Source: Gemmatimonadaceae bacterium
GTDB taxonomy: Bacteria > Gemmatimonadota > Gemmatimonadetes > Gemmatimonadales > Gemmatimonadaceae
Length of the DNA: 64,000 bases
Assembly (NCBI GenBank): GCA_045803545.1
Contig: JBJMOW010000002.1
Coordinates: forward strand, 288,001 to 352,000
Direction of reading: 5' to 3'
Below, one piece after another: positions 18,424 to 28,139 of the stretch. The translations under genes and the position numbers were made by a program. The notes below the pieces were generated by a model. It did no database searches, was not told the DNA's origin, and saw only the letters and a list, made by a program, of their open reading frames with translations. Each line of letters starts with the position of its first letter. Position 1 is the first letter of the stretch.

Positions 18424-21246
18424 ATGACTTCACCTTTCGAGCGTCCGGGACCCGGCAGACTCCCTCCACTGCCTCGCTCGCTACGCCGAGTCGTACTGTC
18501 GATCGTCGCTCTTGTATTCATCGGCCTCGTCATTGTGCCGTGGCTGGCGACTTTCTTTACAGACTGGCTCTGGTTCAAGGAGATCGGGTTCCAGACGGTT
18601 TTCGCAACCTCGCTCGTTGCCCGCATCGCATTGTTTGTTATTGGCGGCGCCGTTGCGTTCGCCTGGTTTTACGGCAACGTCCGCATTGCGCGTGGTGCCG
18701 GTACCGGGTTTCCGGTGCTCTACATCAATCGTGGAGACGGTGTCTCCGTCGATATCTCTCGCACATTCACGAGGATGTTCCTTCCGGCTGCGGTGCTGAT
18801 CGCTTTGGTGACGGCGATCTCCCTTTCGGCATCGTGGCTGACTGTGCTCAAGGCATTCAACGCAGTACCGCTCGGCCAGCGTGATCCGCTCTTCAATCGC
18901 GACATCTCGTTCTACCTGTTTCGATTGCCGCTGATTTCCGCTGTACTCGGCACTCTCATAACGCTGACGTTCCTTGCGATCATCGCGTGCACGGCGATGT
19001 ACTGGCTTCGCAACGAGATCACCATGCCGCCGCGTCGCTCCACGGCGAAACCTCGGGCTGCGCGTCACCTGGGCGGTTTGGTGGCGATCCTTTTCATCCT
19101 GCTCGCCATTCGGCTGTGGATCGTTGGCACCGCCGACTTGCTTTATTCGACGACGGGCCCGCTGGTTGGCGCCAGCTACACCGACGTGAATGTTGGATTG
19201 CCCGGCGTCTACATCAGCGCGGTTGCTGCGATCATCACTGCGGTGTGGGTGATCTACGGCGTCATGCGCGACAAACTGGTCTGGTCCGCTGTGTCAGGAG
19301 CAATCTTCTACGTGGTGATCAGCGTCTTCGCGCGCGGGGTGGTTCCGGCGGTGTTTCAGCGGCTGATCGTAGCGCCGAACGAGTTGTCACGTGAGACACC
19401 CTATTTGCGGTCGCACATAAATGCGACGCGGCAGGCGTGGGGACTCGATCGCGTTGAATCGAGAGACCTCTCTGGTGAAGTGCAGTTGACGATGGGGGAC
19501 ATCAGGGCAAATAGCGCAACCGTCGACAACGTTCGCTTGTGGGAGCGGGATCTCCTCATGCAGACCTTCAAACAGCTGCAGGAGATCCGCACCTACTATG
19601 ACTTCGTTTCCGTGGACGACGATCGCTACATGGTCGACGGGCGATATCGGCAGATCCACATCTCCGCTCGCGAATTGAATTCGCAATCGCTGCCGACGCG
19701 CACTTTCATCAACGAACGGCTGACGTTCACTCATGGAATGGGCGTGACGATGGCGCCCGTGAATCAGGTGACCGACGAAGGTTTGCCGGTGTTGTTCATC
19801 AAGGATCTCCCGCCAGTCTCGACGATCTCTGTCAAACTCGCGCGGCCACAAATCTATTTTGGCGAGCTCACCGACGAGTACGTATTTGTCGGCACGCGTC
19901 AGCAGGAATTCGACTACCCCGCTGGGGACGCGAATATCTACGCGACTTATACGGGGCTGGGTGGTGTTCCGGTCGGTTCGTTCTGGCGGAAGCTGCTTTA
20001 CGCGTTCCAGTTCGGCTCACTGAAGATTCTGTTGTCCGATGACATCAGGGACAACGCGAAGATTCTCTATCGGCGGGATATCATGGAACGGGCCACCACC
20101 GCTATGCCGTTCCTCAGCTTCGACAGCGATCCGTATCTGATGGTGAGCGACGCGGGTCAGCTCAAATGGATTCTCGATGCGTACACTGTGAGCGATGCGT
20201 ATCCGTATTCACAGCGCACCTCGAACGGCACCAGCTACATGCGCAATAGTGTGAAGGTCGTCATCGATGCGTACGACGGCACGGTGGAAGCTTATATCGC
20301 AGATCCGACCGACCCGGTCATACGCACCTACGCGAACGTTTTTCAGGGAATCTTCAAGCCAATTTCTGCGATGCCGGTGGATGTGCGGCGTCACGTCCGA
20401 TATCCGGGCGATCTCTTTCGACTGCAAACCGCGTTGCACGCGACGTATCACATGACGCAACCGGATGCGTTCTACCATCGCGAGGACCAGTGGCAGATTC
20501 CCGGCGGGGCGGACAATTCTACGAACGCCAACCCGTTCATGCGCCACATCATCATGAAGCTGCCGGGTGAGAAAAATCCCGAGTTCATCTTCATGACGCC
20601 CTTCACTCCGCGCGGCAAAGACAACCTCGCGGCGTGGATGGTGGCGCGGATGGATGGCGAGAACTACGGCAAGCTCTCTGTATATCGTTTTCCGCGACAA
20701 AGTCTCGTCTACGGTCCGCGCCAGATCGCCAATCGCATTAACCAGGACACGGAGATCTCGCGGCAGCTGACGCTGTGGGATCAGCGAGGCTCACAGGTGA
20801 TTCGCGGCGAGCTGCTCGTAATTCCAATCGAGGAATCGCTGATCTACGTTCAACCGATCTATCTACGTGCCGAAGGCGGCAACATTCCGGAGCTCAAGCG
20901 AGTGGTCGTCGCGCACGAGAACCGCGTCGTAATGGGCGAGACCCTCGAGGAAGGACTGAACGCCTTGTTTGGTCCGGGTGCAGCGACCACGTCGAGACAA
21001 ACAGTTACGAGCGTCCAGGATTCGCTAAGCACCCTCGGCACTACCCAGCCCGGGGTGGTGGCCGGCGGCGTAACCGCTCCGAGCGGCGCTACTCCGTCAG
21101 GTCCGGTCGGCGATCTGCTTCGACAGGCGCAGGCGGCGTACGATCGCGCGATCGCCGCGCAGCGGGCGGGGAACTGGTCGGAGTACGGCCGGCAGATAGA
21201 CCAGCTCGGCGCCGCGCTCCGTGCGCTCCGGGCCGGTCAGCACTAG
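18424..21246 (+). CDS. UPF0182 family membrane protein
   Basis: TDWLWFKEIG, DPLFNRDISFYLFRLP, GASYTDV, QLQEIRTYYDF, YMRNSVKVVIDAYDG, PELKRV. Confidence 0.95.
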   Translation: MTSPFERPGPGRLPPLPRSLRRVVLSIVALVFIGLVIVPWLATFFTDWLWFKEIGFQTVFATSLVARIALFVIGGAVAFAWFYGNVRIARGAGTGFPVLYINRGDGVSVDISRTFTRMFLPAAVLIALVTAISLSASWLTVLKAFNAVPLGQRDPLFNRDISFYLFRLPLISAVLGTLITLTFLAIIACTAMYWLRNEITMPPRRSTAKPRAARHLGGLVAILFILLAIRLWIVGTADLLYSTTGPLVGASYTDVNVGLPGVYISAVAAIITAVWVIYGVMRDKLVWSAVSGAIFYVVISVFARGVVPAVFQRLIVAPNELSRETPYLRSHINATRQAWGLDRVESRDLSGEVQLTMGDIRANSATVDNVRLWERDLLMQTFKQLQEIRTYYDFVSVDDDRYMVDGRYRQIHISARELNSQSLPTRTFINERLTFTHGMGVTMAPVNQVTDEGLPVLFIKDLPPVSTISVKLARPQIYFGELTDEYVFVGTRQQEFDYPAGDANIYATYTGLGGVPVGSFWRKLLYAFQFGSLKILLSDDIRDNAKILYRRDIMERATTAMPFLSFDSDPYLMVSDAGQLKWILDAYTVSDAYPYSQRTSNGTSYMRNSVKVVIDAYDGTVEAYIADPTDPVIRTYANVFQGIFKPISAMPVDVRRHVRYPGDLFRLQTALHATYHMTQPDAFYHREDQWQIPGGADNSTNANPFMRHIIMKLPGEKNPEFIFMTPFTPRGKDNLAAWMVARMDGENYGKLSVYRFPRQSLVYGPRQIANRINQDTEISRQLTLWDQRGSQVIRGELLVIPIEESLIYVQPIYLRAEGGNIPELKRVVVAHENRVVMGETLEEGLNALFGPGAATTSRQTVTSVQDSLSTLGTTQPGVVAGGVTAPSGATPSGPVGDLLRQAQAAYDRAIAAQRAGNWSEYGRQIDQLGAALRALRAGQH

Positions 21247-21281
21247 CGGCATTCCGCGCTCTTCGGTCGCGAGAATGAATC

Positions 21282-22058
21282 TCATGTCGCCCGCTTGAGA
21301 AATTCCTGAACGGCTTTGCGGTAGCTCCGTCCGGTTGTGATGCGCTTGCCGTTCCGCAGAATCAGCAGCTGATCGCCCTGGTCGAAGGGCTGCGCTTCGC
21401 GCACCTGCGCCGTATTGACGATCGTCGAGCGATGGACGCGCAGGAAGCGATTGTGCGGCAACCGCGCCTCGAGTCGGCTCAGTGGCTCACGAACATCGTA
21501 CGCCACTTCGGCGAGATGGATGCGAGCGAGATCGTCCCGCGCCTGGATCCAGTAGATCTCGTCGGGGTCGAGGAAAAGGATCTTTCCGTTGACCTTTACG
21601 CCAATGCGATTCTTCGGTGCATCCAGCTGGCCGACGTACTTCAGCAGCGCGCTCAGCTGGGACGAGACGCTCGACTGTGGCGCCTCGCGGATTCTTTTCT
21701 TGGCGCGATCGAGCGTCTGGTGAAAGCGTACGTGATCGACGGGCTTGAGCAGGTAGTCGAACGCGCCGAACTCGAACGCCGAGACAGCATAGTCGTCGAA
21801 GGCAGTCACAAAAATCACAGGCGGCATTTTGTCCGTCCCAACTTCAGTGATGACGTCGAAGCCATCGAGCTCCGGCATCTGAACGTCGAGAAAAACAAGG
21901 TCGGGAGCGTGCGCCCGGATCGAGGCAACCGCCTCCAGTCCGTTCTGGCATTCTCCCACCACCTGAACGTCAGGCACCCGTGAGAGAAGAGTGGTAAGAC
22001 GCTGACGTGCCAGCGCCTCATCGTCTATCACAAGAACGCGCATCGGTTGTTCGATCAT
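21282..22058 (-). CDS. LytTR family response regulator
   Basis: REC domain (VIDDE, FLDVQMP, FVTAFD, YLLKP) plus LytTR domain (FLRVHRSTIVN, GRSYR). Confidence 0.95.
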   Translation of the reverse strand: MIEQPMRVLVIDDEALARQRLTTLLSRVPDVQVVGECQNGLEAVASIRAHAPDLVFLDVQMPELDGFDVITEVGTDKMPPVIFVTAFDDYAVSAFEFGAFDYLLKPVDHVRFHQTLDRAKKRIREAPQSSVSSQLSALLKYVGQLDAPKNRIGVKVNGKILFLDPDEIYWIQARDDLARIHLAEVAYDVREPLSRLEARLPHNRFLRVHRSTIVNTAQVREAQPFDQGDQLLILRNGKRITTGRSYRKAVQEFLKRAT

Positions 22059-23389
22059 GACTGCACCGCTGTTGCCATTTTGTCGTCGATACTGCCGTCG
22101 CCGTTACGTGGCGGCGACAGCCGGCCGAGCCTGAAGGGAATTGTGATCCGAACCGCATAGCCACCTTCCGGCCGCGGCCCGCTCTCGAATTCGTGGTGCT
22201 CCCCGTACAAGTGCATTAAACGCGTTGTCGTGTTGGTCAGCCCGAGTCCGCTGCCGCGTGAACGCTCACGCGACCGTCTGGCTCGGACGCCAACTCCGTC
22301 ATCGACGATGGCAATAGCCAGCTTGTCGCCGATCCGGCGTGCCGTGACCTGGACGTAACCGGCACCGGCCCGTGGGCTGATACCGTGGCGAATCGCGTTC
22401 TCCACCAGCGGCTGCAGGATGAGACTCGGCACCAGCGCGCCGCGCACGCCGTCTTCGATGTTGCAATTGACGGTGAGGCGATCCTGGAACCGCACGCGCT
22501 GAATTGCGACGTAGCGATCGAGCAGACCAAGCTCCCGCTCGAGCGGAACTTCCTGCTCACTCGAGGTCGAGAGTACGAGCCGAAGGAAGTCGCTAAGCTC
22601 CGACACCATTCTTTCCGCTGCTGGCGGATCGGTGGCGATCAACGCGATCGCTCCGTTAAGGGCATTGAACAGGAAGTGTGGATTGAGCTGTAGCTTGAGG
22701 GTGTCCAGTTCCGATTGCACCAGGCGAGTTACGACGCGTTGACGTTCTGCCGATTCCTTGCTCGCTTCGCGCACAAGGTGCTCGACCCAGGACGTTGCAT
22801 AAGTCGAGACGATACCAAAGACGCCCAGCAGAATCAGCTTGGCTGCCTCGTCCAGTGGAGTGATGCGAGCTGTCTGCACCGCGGTGATCGGATCGATCGT
22901 TACCGGCACACGGTTCGTCGCCCATAACCAGAGCAGCAGCGCCGAGTACTCCAAAAAGGCCAATATGGAAATGAACGCGGCTTTACGAACGGAGGAAGCG
23001 ACTGGTCTTCCGGCGAGGACTACGAAATACATCAGAAAAATCGGCGAGCGCAGCGCCAGCACACCCGACTGCGCAACGGCGTAGCCACCGATGATCGCCG
23101 TTACAGCGGTGACGTCGACTATCGGGTTGATAGCCGAGAGCCAGTCGGGGAGCTCCGCGCGCTTATACCAAATGGCATACTGAGCGACGGTCCACAGCAG
23201 CGTGGGCACCAGCACAACGACATTGGCGACGTTGAGCGACCGCGAGAGATGCGGCGCGTACATGAGTGCCGCGGCTGTGAGCAGAAACACCACCGCCCCA
23301 CGCAGGCCGTTGAGAATTCGCTCGGCGCGGTCGCGCCTCAGGCGAAGGCTTTGTGGCGGCGGGAATGCGTGGGCGGCAAAAAGCTGCAT
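22055..23389 (-). CDS. LytS/YehU-type membrane histidine kinase
   Basis: About 6 TM helices; QLNPHFLFNALN, LQPLVENAIRHG, DDGVG, GLGLTNT. Confidence 0.93.
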   Translation of the reverse strand: MQLFAAHAFPPPQSLRLRRDRAERILNGLRGAVVFLLTAAALMYAPHLSRSLNVANVVVLVPTLLWTVAQYAIWYKRAELPDWLSAINPIVDVTAVTAIIGGYAVAQSGVLALRSPIFLMYFVVLAGRPVASSVRKAAFISILAFLEYSALLLWLWATNRVPVTIDPITAVQTARITPLDEAAKLILLGVFGIVSTYATSWVEHLVREASKESAERQRVVTRLVQSELDTLKLQLNPHFLFNALNGAIALIATDPPAAERMVSELSDFLRLVLSTSSEQEVPLERELGLLDRYVAIQRVRFQDRLTVNCNIEDGVRGALVPSLILQPLVENAIRHGISPRAGAGYVQVTARRIGDKLAIAIVDDGVGVRARRSRERSRGSGLGLTNTTTRLMHLYGEHHEFESGPRPEGGYAVRITIPFRLGRLSPPRNGDGSIDDKMATAVQS

Positions 23390-23444
23390 TAAGTGAATTT
23401 GAATGAGGCGAGGTGGCTGGGGTAGCAGGCCGACGAGGTACCTG

Positions 23445-23501
23445 CTACCCCCGACGCCGGCTGGGTGTGCTCGCCGACGTCGTTGCCGTAAGAACCCTCA
23501 T
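23445..23501 (-). CDS. putative 18-aa leader peptide MRVLTATTSASTPSRRRG upstream of the LytS-type kinase
   Basis: GGAG 6 nt before the ATG; the TAG stop lies inside the arm of an 11-bp hairpin (23419-23451). Confidence 0.4.
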   Translation of the reverse strand: MRVLTATTSASTPSRRRG

Positions 23502-23697
23502 CACGGACTCCACGCTCCTCGTCGCCTTCAATCGCGTGGAAAAAGTGTCTGCGTGTGTCGTCGGTAGAAACTAGGGTCATCACTGTGTTGGACGAGTCGT
23601 CGACAGGTGGAGGAACATGCTTGCGAGGCGAGCGACGAAATGCAGGCGGTGAAGGAGTCTTTGCGCGCGATTGCAGTCGCTGGCGCGCTGCGTGCGA

Positions 23698-24648
23698 ATG
23701 CGACTTCCGGTGAATTACGGGCTCCTTCCGGGCGGTAACGCCGGGTCCAAGTTTCTACTTACCGTCGGCATGGCGGTGGTTGCGGTCGTCGTCAGTGCGG
23801 TTTTGCGAAGGACGGCGCGCGCTGCGTTGACCGATGGCGAGAGGGGCCGCGCGCTCTTCTGGACGGATCAGGCGATCAAGCTACTGGCGCTTGGCGCGTT
23901 TATAGTCGCGATCGCGTTGCTCTGGTCTCGCGATCTGGCAGGAATCGGCGGCGCGGTAGGGGTGATTGGGGCCGGAGTCGCGGTTGCGCTGCAGCGCGTG
24001 ATTACTTCGTTTGCCGGCTACTTGATCATCCTGCGCGGCAAAGTCTTCAGCGTCGGCGACCGCATCACTTTTGGCGGTGTGCGCGGTGACGTTATAGGTC
24101 TCGGCCTCATGCAGACAACGGTGCTCGAGATGGGCCAGTCCCCGCCGGAACGGAAGGAGGATCCCGCTACCTGGGTGCGTGGCCGCCAGTACACCGGCCG
24201 CGTCGTGCGCGTTACCAACGACAAAATCTTCGACTTTCCCGTTTACAACTTCACACGCGAATTTCCATTCGTTTGGGACGAGATCATGCTTCCGGTAACC
24301 TACGAAGCCGACTCCCGGAGAGCGGAAGCGATCATGCTCGATGCCGCCCGCAAACGAACTGCAGACCTGATGGGCGAAGCGAGCCCCGCTCTCGATCGCC
24401 TGCGCAAGGTCTATTACATCGAAGGAGAAATCGAGTTAGAACCGCGCGTCTACATGACGATCACTGACAATTACGTAGAGCTCGCCCTACGCTTCCTCTC
24501 GCGCGAGCCCGGAGTGAGGTTGTTGAAAGACTCGCTCTATCGCGACATTCTGGATGGATTCAGGAACGCGCACATTGCTTTCGCATCAACCACCACCGCG
24601 GTCGACGTCCAGCATCCTGTCGAAGTGAGAATTCGGCCTGCCGACTGA
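23698..24648 (+). CDS. MscS family mechanosensitive channel
   Basis: 3 TM helices, GAGVAVALQ, FSVGDRITFGGVRGDV, VYNFTREFPFVWDEI. Confidence 0.9.
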   Translation: MRLPVNYGLLPGGNAGSKFLLTVGMAVVAVVVSAVLRRTARAALTDGERGRALFWTDQAIKLLALGAFIVAIALLWSRDLAGIGGAVGVIGAGVAVALQRVITSFAGYLIILRGKVFSVGDRITFGGVRGDVIGLGLMQTTVLEMGQSPPERKEDPATWVRGRQYTGRVVRVTNDKIFDFPVYNFTREFPFVWDEIMLPVTYEADSRRAEAIMLDAARKRTADLMGEASPALDRLRKVYYIEGEIELEPRVYMTITDNYVELALRFLSREPGVRLLKDSLYRDILDGFRNAHIAFASTTTAVDVQHPVEVRIRPAD

Positions 24649-25717
24649 CGCTGAGCGCTCTGAAGCAAGGAACCTGGTTCTAGCCCACGGGTGGAACGCC
24701 ACGGCTTACCAGATCCTCAATCCAGGCATCGACCTCTGGTTCACCGCGGACCGCTCCGCTGTCATAGGCTACGTGCGCTACGGGAGGGCGCGCGTTATCG
24801 CAGGCGCTCCGGTGTGCGATTTGTCACGTCTCGATGATGTCGCAGCCATGTTCGTCACTGAAACGCATCATTGTGGTGAATACGTGTGTTATTTCGGTGC
24901 GGGAGATCGCCTCGATTCGCGCTACAGCGCGGACCGGGCATGGTCGCGCGTCCTGCTTGGCGCGCAGCCATCGTGGGATCCGCACCACTGGCCCCGCGCC
25001 GTCGCGCGGCGCTCGTCGCTGCGTGCACAATTCAATCGCGCGCGCAACAAGGGTGTGCGCATCGAACAATGGCCTGCGCAGCACGCCGAGAACCATCCAG
25101 CGCTACGGCGATGTTTGGCCGAGTGGCTGGAAACCCGAAATCTGCCGCCGTTGCACTTCCTCGTTGAGCCGGAAACTCTCAGCAATCTGGCCGATCGTCG
25201 CGTATTTGTAGCGGTAAAGGGCGAACGCGCAGTGGTCGCATTCACTGTGCTCTCTCCAGTACCGGCGCGAAATGGCTGGCTGGTCGAGCAGATCGTGCGC
25301 GGACGGTCGGCGCCGAACGGCACCGCCGAGCTGTTGCTCGATTTTGCTGTGAAAAGTGTCGCCGAGTCGGGCTCGACGTATGTGACACTGGGCCTTTCTC
25401 CTCTATCGCAGCGCGCCAATGTTGTCGAGCTGAGCGAGCCGGCGTGGCTCAAGTTCGTGCTTAGCTGGCTGCGGCTTCACGGAGCGCGGTTTTACAACTT
25501 TGGCGGACTTGATTCGTTCAAAGCGAAATTCAATCCCGAACGTTGGGAGCCGATTTACGCGATTTCGGAGGGAAATCCTTTTCCGTCGCGTGCGCTCTAT
25601 GCAATTGCGGGTGTGTTCAGCGGCGGCAATCCGATCAAGCTCGTCGCGATTGCATTAATTCGGGCGGTTCGTGAGGAGATTGTTCGTCTGCTGGGCCGGA
25701 CTCGGCACGCCGCATAA
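24638..25717 (+). CDS. DUF2156 / MprF C-terminal (aminoacyl-tRNA-dependent transferase) domain protein, no flippase domain
   Basis: AGAPVC, WLVEQIVR..APNGTAELL, TLGLSPL, RFYNFGGLDSFKAKF.P..WEPIY. The frame is open upstream of the track's GTG 24773 back to CTG 24638. Confidence 0.85.
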   Translation: MPTDAERSEARNLVLAHGWNATAYQILNPGIDLWFTADRSAVIGYVRYGRARVIAGAPVCDLSRLDDVAAMFVTETHHCGEYVCYFGAGDRLDSRYSADRAWSRVLLGAQPSWDPHHWPRAVARRSSLRAQFNRARNKGVRIEQWPAQHAENHPALRRCLAEWLETRNLPPLHFLVEPETLSNLADRRVFVAVKGERAVVAFTVLSPVPARNGWLVEQIVRGRSAPNGTAELLLDFAVKSVAESGSTYVTLGLSPLSQRANVVELSEPAWLKFVLSWLRLHGARFYNFGGLDSFKAKFNPERWEPIYAISEGNPFPSRALYAIAGVFSGGNPIKLVAIALIRAVREEIVRLLGRTRHAA

Positions 25718-25740
25718 ACTGACTCCAGGAAAGGACAGTG

Positions 25741-25833
25741 GTGGCCAATACATTGGACACAGCGCTGGTGCGTTCGGCCTGGCTGTCGTCTTTAAGGGGC
25801 TTACGGGACCGTCTCGGTGGCACGGATGGCGCA
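25741..25833 (+). promoter_or_regulatory. putative sigma-54 promoter with upstream palindromic activator site
   Basis: TGGCACG-GATG-GCGCA at 25818-25833; palindrome GTGGCCAA-TACA-TTGGACAC at 25741-25760. Confidence 0.45.
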
Positions 25834-25949
25834 ACAGTGGACGGCGATGGAAGCCACCGTTTCCATCGCTGATGGAGAATCGTAACTGTATACAATCTTT
25901 CGGGCCGCGCGTTGTGCGGCTCAAACAAACCAGTAACGCGCGAGGTCGC

Positions 25950-26423
25950 ATGCTCATGAGGCACACGAAGAGAGCCCTGAGCGTCATAGCGGTGATGCTT
26001 GTCGCCGCATGCACGGACAACTCAATCAACAGCCCCTACGGCAACGTAGCGGGGACGTATCAGCTCACCGTTTTTGCCGGACGCACCCTGCCGGCGACGT
26101 ACACATATTCCGCGGGCCAGGTCAGCGCACTGCCTAACGGCGGTACGATTCAATGGACCGACGGGACAATGGTCCTCAACAGCAACGGCACGTTTGTCGA
26201 GACCAACAACTTCATCGAAACGCCAAACGGCGGGAATTCACAGTCCGGATCGTTTGTCAGCAGCGGCACTTACACTGTCAGTGGAACCAACTTCACGTTA
26301 TCCGCGCCGGCTCAGAGCGGCGTCGCGCAGCGGTTCGCCTCGGGAACCATCGAGTTCGATACGATCAACTACGACGAGGACAACGGCGACGGCACTACTT
26401 CGTCGTACGAGTACAAGCGTTAA
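25950..26423 (+). CDS. hypothetical beta-rich (lipocalin-like) lipoprotein
   Basis: Lipobox LVAAC; VAGTYQLT..G.TLP, SGTYTVSG; SD GAGG. Confidence 0.8.
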   Translation: MLMRHTKRALSVIAVMLVAACTDNSINSPYGNVAGTYQLTVFAGRTLPATYTYSAGQVSALPNGGTIQWTDGTMVLNSNGTFVETNNFIETPNGGNSQSGSFVSSGTYTVSGTNFTLSAPAQSGVAQRFASGTIEFDTINYDEDNGDGTTSSYEYKR

Positions 26424-26443
26424 CCGCGGTTACCTCGCACGTT

Positions 26444-26475
26444 AAAGGGCGCTCTCGTGGGAGCGCCCTTTTTTT
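26444..26475 (+). terminator. intrinsic terminator
   Basis: aaagggcgctc-tcgtgg-gagcgccc followed by T7. Confidence 0.88.
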
Positions 26476-26515
26476 GTTATCCTACCCTGCGAAACACTTC
26501 TTCGAGGAGGGCACA

Positions 26516-26767
26516 ATGAACGGACTGCTAGCCTGGATCATCGTCGGTCTCGTCGCCGGAGTTCTTGCGTCACTGGTGATGGGCGGTGGGTACGGAATCA
26601 TCGGTGACATCATCATCGGCATCGTGGGCGCATTCATCGGCGGCTGGTTATTCAGCACCCTGGGTGTTTCATCCCCGTTCGGTGGGATGGGCGGACAGAT
26701 CTTCGTCGCCTTTGTCGGAGCGGTGGTTCTACTCTTCCTGCTGCGCCTGGTTCGCCGCCGAGCTTGA
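26516..26767 (+). CDS. GlsB/YeaQ/YmgE (transglycosylase-associated) membrane protein
   Basis: WIIVGLVAGVLA..GIIGDIIIGIVGAFIGGWLF..GAVVLL; SD GAGGAGG. Confidence 0.92.
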   Translation: MNGLLAWIIVGLVAGVLASLVMGGGYGIIGDIIIGIVGAFIGGWLFSTLGVSSPFGGMGGQIFVAFVGAVVLLFLLRLVRRRA

Positions 26768-27219
26768 AGTCTTCGCCGCGAAAGCAATCCGCCAAAGTCG
26801 CGCCGGACATCGTTCCGCGCACCTTCGGCTACTCGGGGACACCGCTAATCCAGAAGCTCGGGATCAAGCCGGGCGCGCGGACACATTTCGTGTCCGCGCC
26901 TCCGCAGCTGTCGCAGCTGATGGGCCCGCTTCCACCTGGCGCCGTCTCGTCGGTGCGCGGGAAGCTGGATTTCGCGCTGCTATTCGCTAAAAGCTTTACC
27001 GAACTCACGAAGAGCTTCGCGAAGCTGCGCGATCGGCTCGAAGCCAACGGCATGCTGTGGGTCTCGTGGCCAAAGAAGACGTCGGGTGTGGCGACCGATC
27101 TCACCGAGTCTGCGGTGCGCGAGTACGGCTTGAATAACGGGCTCGTAGACGTGAAGGTCTGCGCGATCGACGACACGTGGTCCGGACTGAAATTCGTGCG
27201 GCGGTTGTCCGACCGGTGA
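26764..27219 (+). CDS. DUF3052 family protein
   Basis: GYSGTPLIQKLGIKPG, WVSWPKK.SGV.TDL, GLVDVKVCAIDDTWSGLKFV. Confidence 0.88.
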   Translation: MKSSPRKQSAKVAPDIVPRTFGYSGTPLIQKLGIKPGARTHFVSAPPQLSQLMGPLPPGAVSSVRGKLDFALLFAKSFTELTKSFAKLRDRLEANGMLWVSWPKKTSGVATDLTESAVREYGLNNGLVDVKVCAIDDTWSGLKFVRRLSDR

Positions 27220-28139
27220 AAATTCGCGCAGCGCTATTGAACGGCCTCATCGACTACGCCGGCTTGTTCCCGCCTGCCGGTGAAGACATGCGGACGGCAG
27301 TCGATAATTACTCTCGATATCTGCGCGGCCCTGACCGTGCCGCCCTCGGCAGATTTATAGTGCCATTCGCGCGTCTCGATGAATTCGAGGATGCCGCCAC
27401 CGACCATTTTCCGCGCGACGGCGATGCCGGCCAGCCATGGCGTATCAGCGTTCTCGTTGCCGACGATGTAAGGGCCGCCGCGATCGACATGGGGAAGTTC
27501 AACGCCCGCTACTCTGGCCGCAGCCGTCGCGGTCGCTCGACTATTGACGTCGTGGAGCTGAAAGCCGCCACCATCGAAGAGGTGGCGAATCAGCAGCGTG
27601 ATCTGCCTCGCGTCTTTACCTCCTATTTCGAGATTCCGTTGACGGTCGATGTTCCGTCGCTCGTGACTGCGATCGCAGAAGTGTCAGCGCGGGCGAAGAT
27701 ACGCACCGGAGGGCTCACGCCGGAGGCGTTCCCATCTCCCGAGTCGATCATCGACTTCATGCTTGCCTGCAAGGCGCAGTCAGTCGCGTTCAAGGCGACA
27801 GCCGGACTTCACCATCCAATCCGCGGCGAATACCGCTTCACCTACGAAGCCGACAGCGCCAAAGGCACCATGTACGGATTCCTCAACGTCTTCCTCGCCG
27901 CAACACTGGTCGCGGCCGGAGAAGACGAGAGCATCGCCGTCGCCGCCCTCGAGGAAACCAACCCGGCAGCGTTCGAGTTCCACGATGACTATCTCCAGTG
28001 GCGCGACAAGAGAATCACTGCGCCACAACTCGCCGCCGTGCGTGAACGAAGCGCGATATCTTTTGGGTCGTGCTCGTTCACCGAGCCGATCGACGAGCTC
28101 GCGCCGCTATTCCGTCAGACCCAAACCAGCCGCACGTGA
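27216..28139 (+). CDS. conserved hypothetical protein translationally coupled to fahA
   Basis: LIDYAGLFPPA, KIRTGG, FKATAGLHHP, GFLNVF, SFGSCSFTEP; GTGA overlaps at both ends. Confidence 0.85.
   Translation: MKIRAALLNGLIDYAGLFPPAGEDMRTAVDNYSRYLRGPDRAALGRFIVPFARLDEFEDAATDHFPRDGDAGQPWRISVLVADDVRAAAIDMGKFNARYSGRSRRGRSTIDVVELKAATIEEVANQQRDLPRVFTSYFEIPLTVDVPSLVTAIAEVSARAKIRTGGLTPEAFPSPESIIDFMLACKAQSVAFKATAGLHHPIRGEYRFTYEADSAKGTMYGFLNVFLAATLVAAGEDESIAVAALEETNPAAFEFHDDYLQWRDKRITAPQLAAVRERSAISFGSCSFTEPIDELAPLFRQTQTSRT

Noticed and set aside
23389..23583. 64-aa minus-strand ORF upstream of the LytS kinase
   Set aside because: No RBS or recognisable features and it runs through the hairpin; the shorter RBS-bearing uORF in another frame is a better candidate
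23585..23660. Loosely 11-bp-spaced GACGA/GCGA words as LytTR binding repeats
   Set aside because: Too degenerate to distinguish from background in GC-rich DNA
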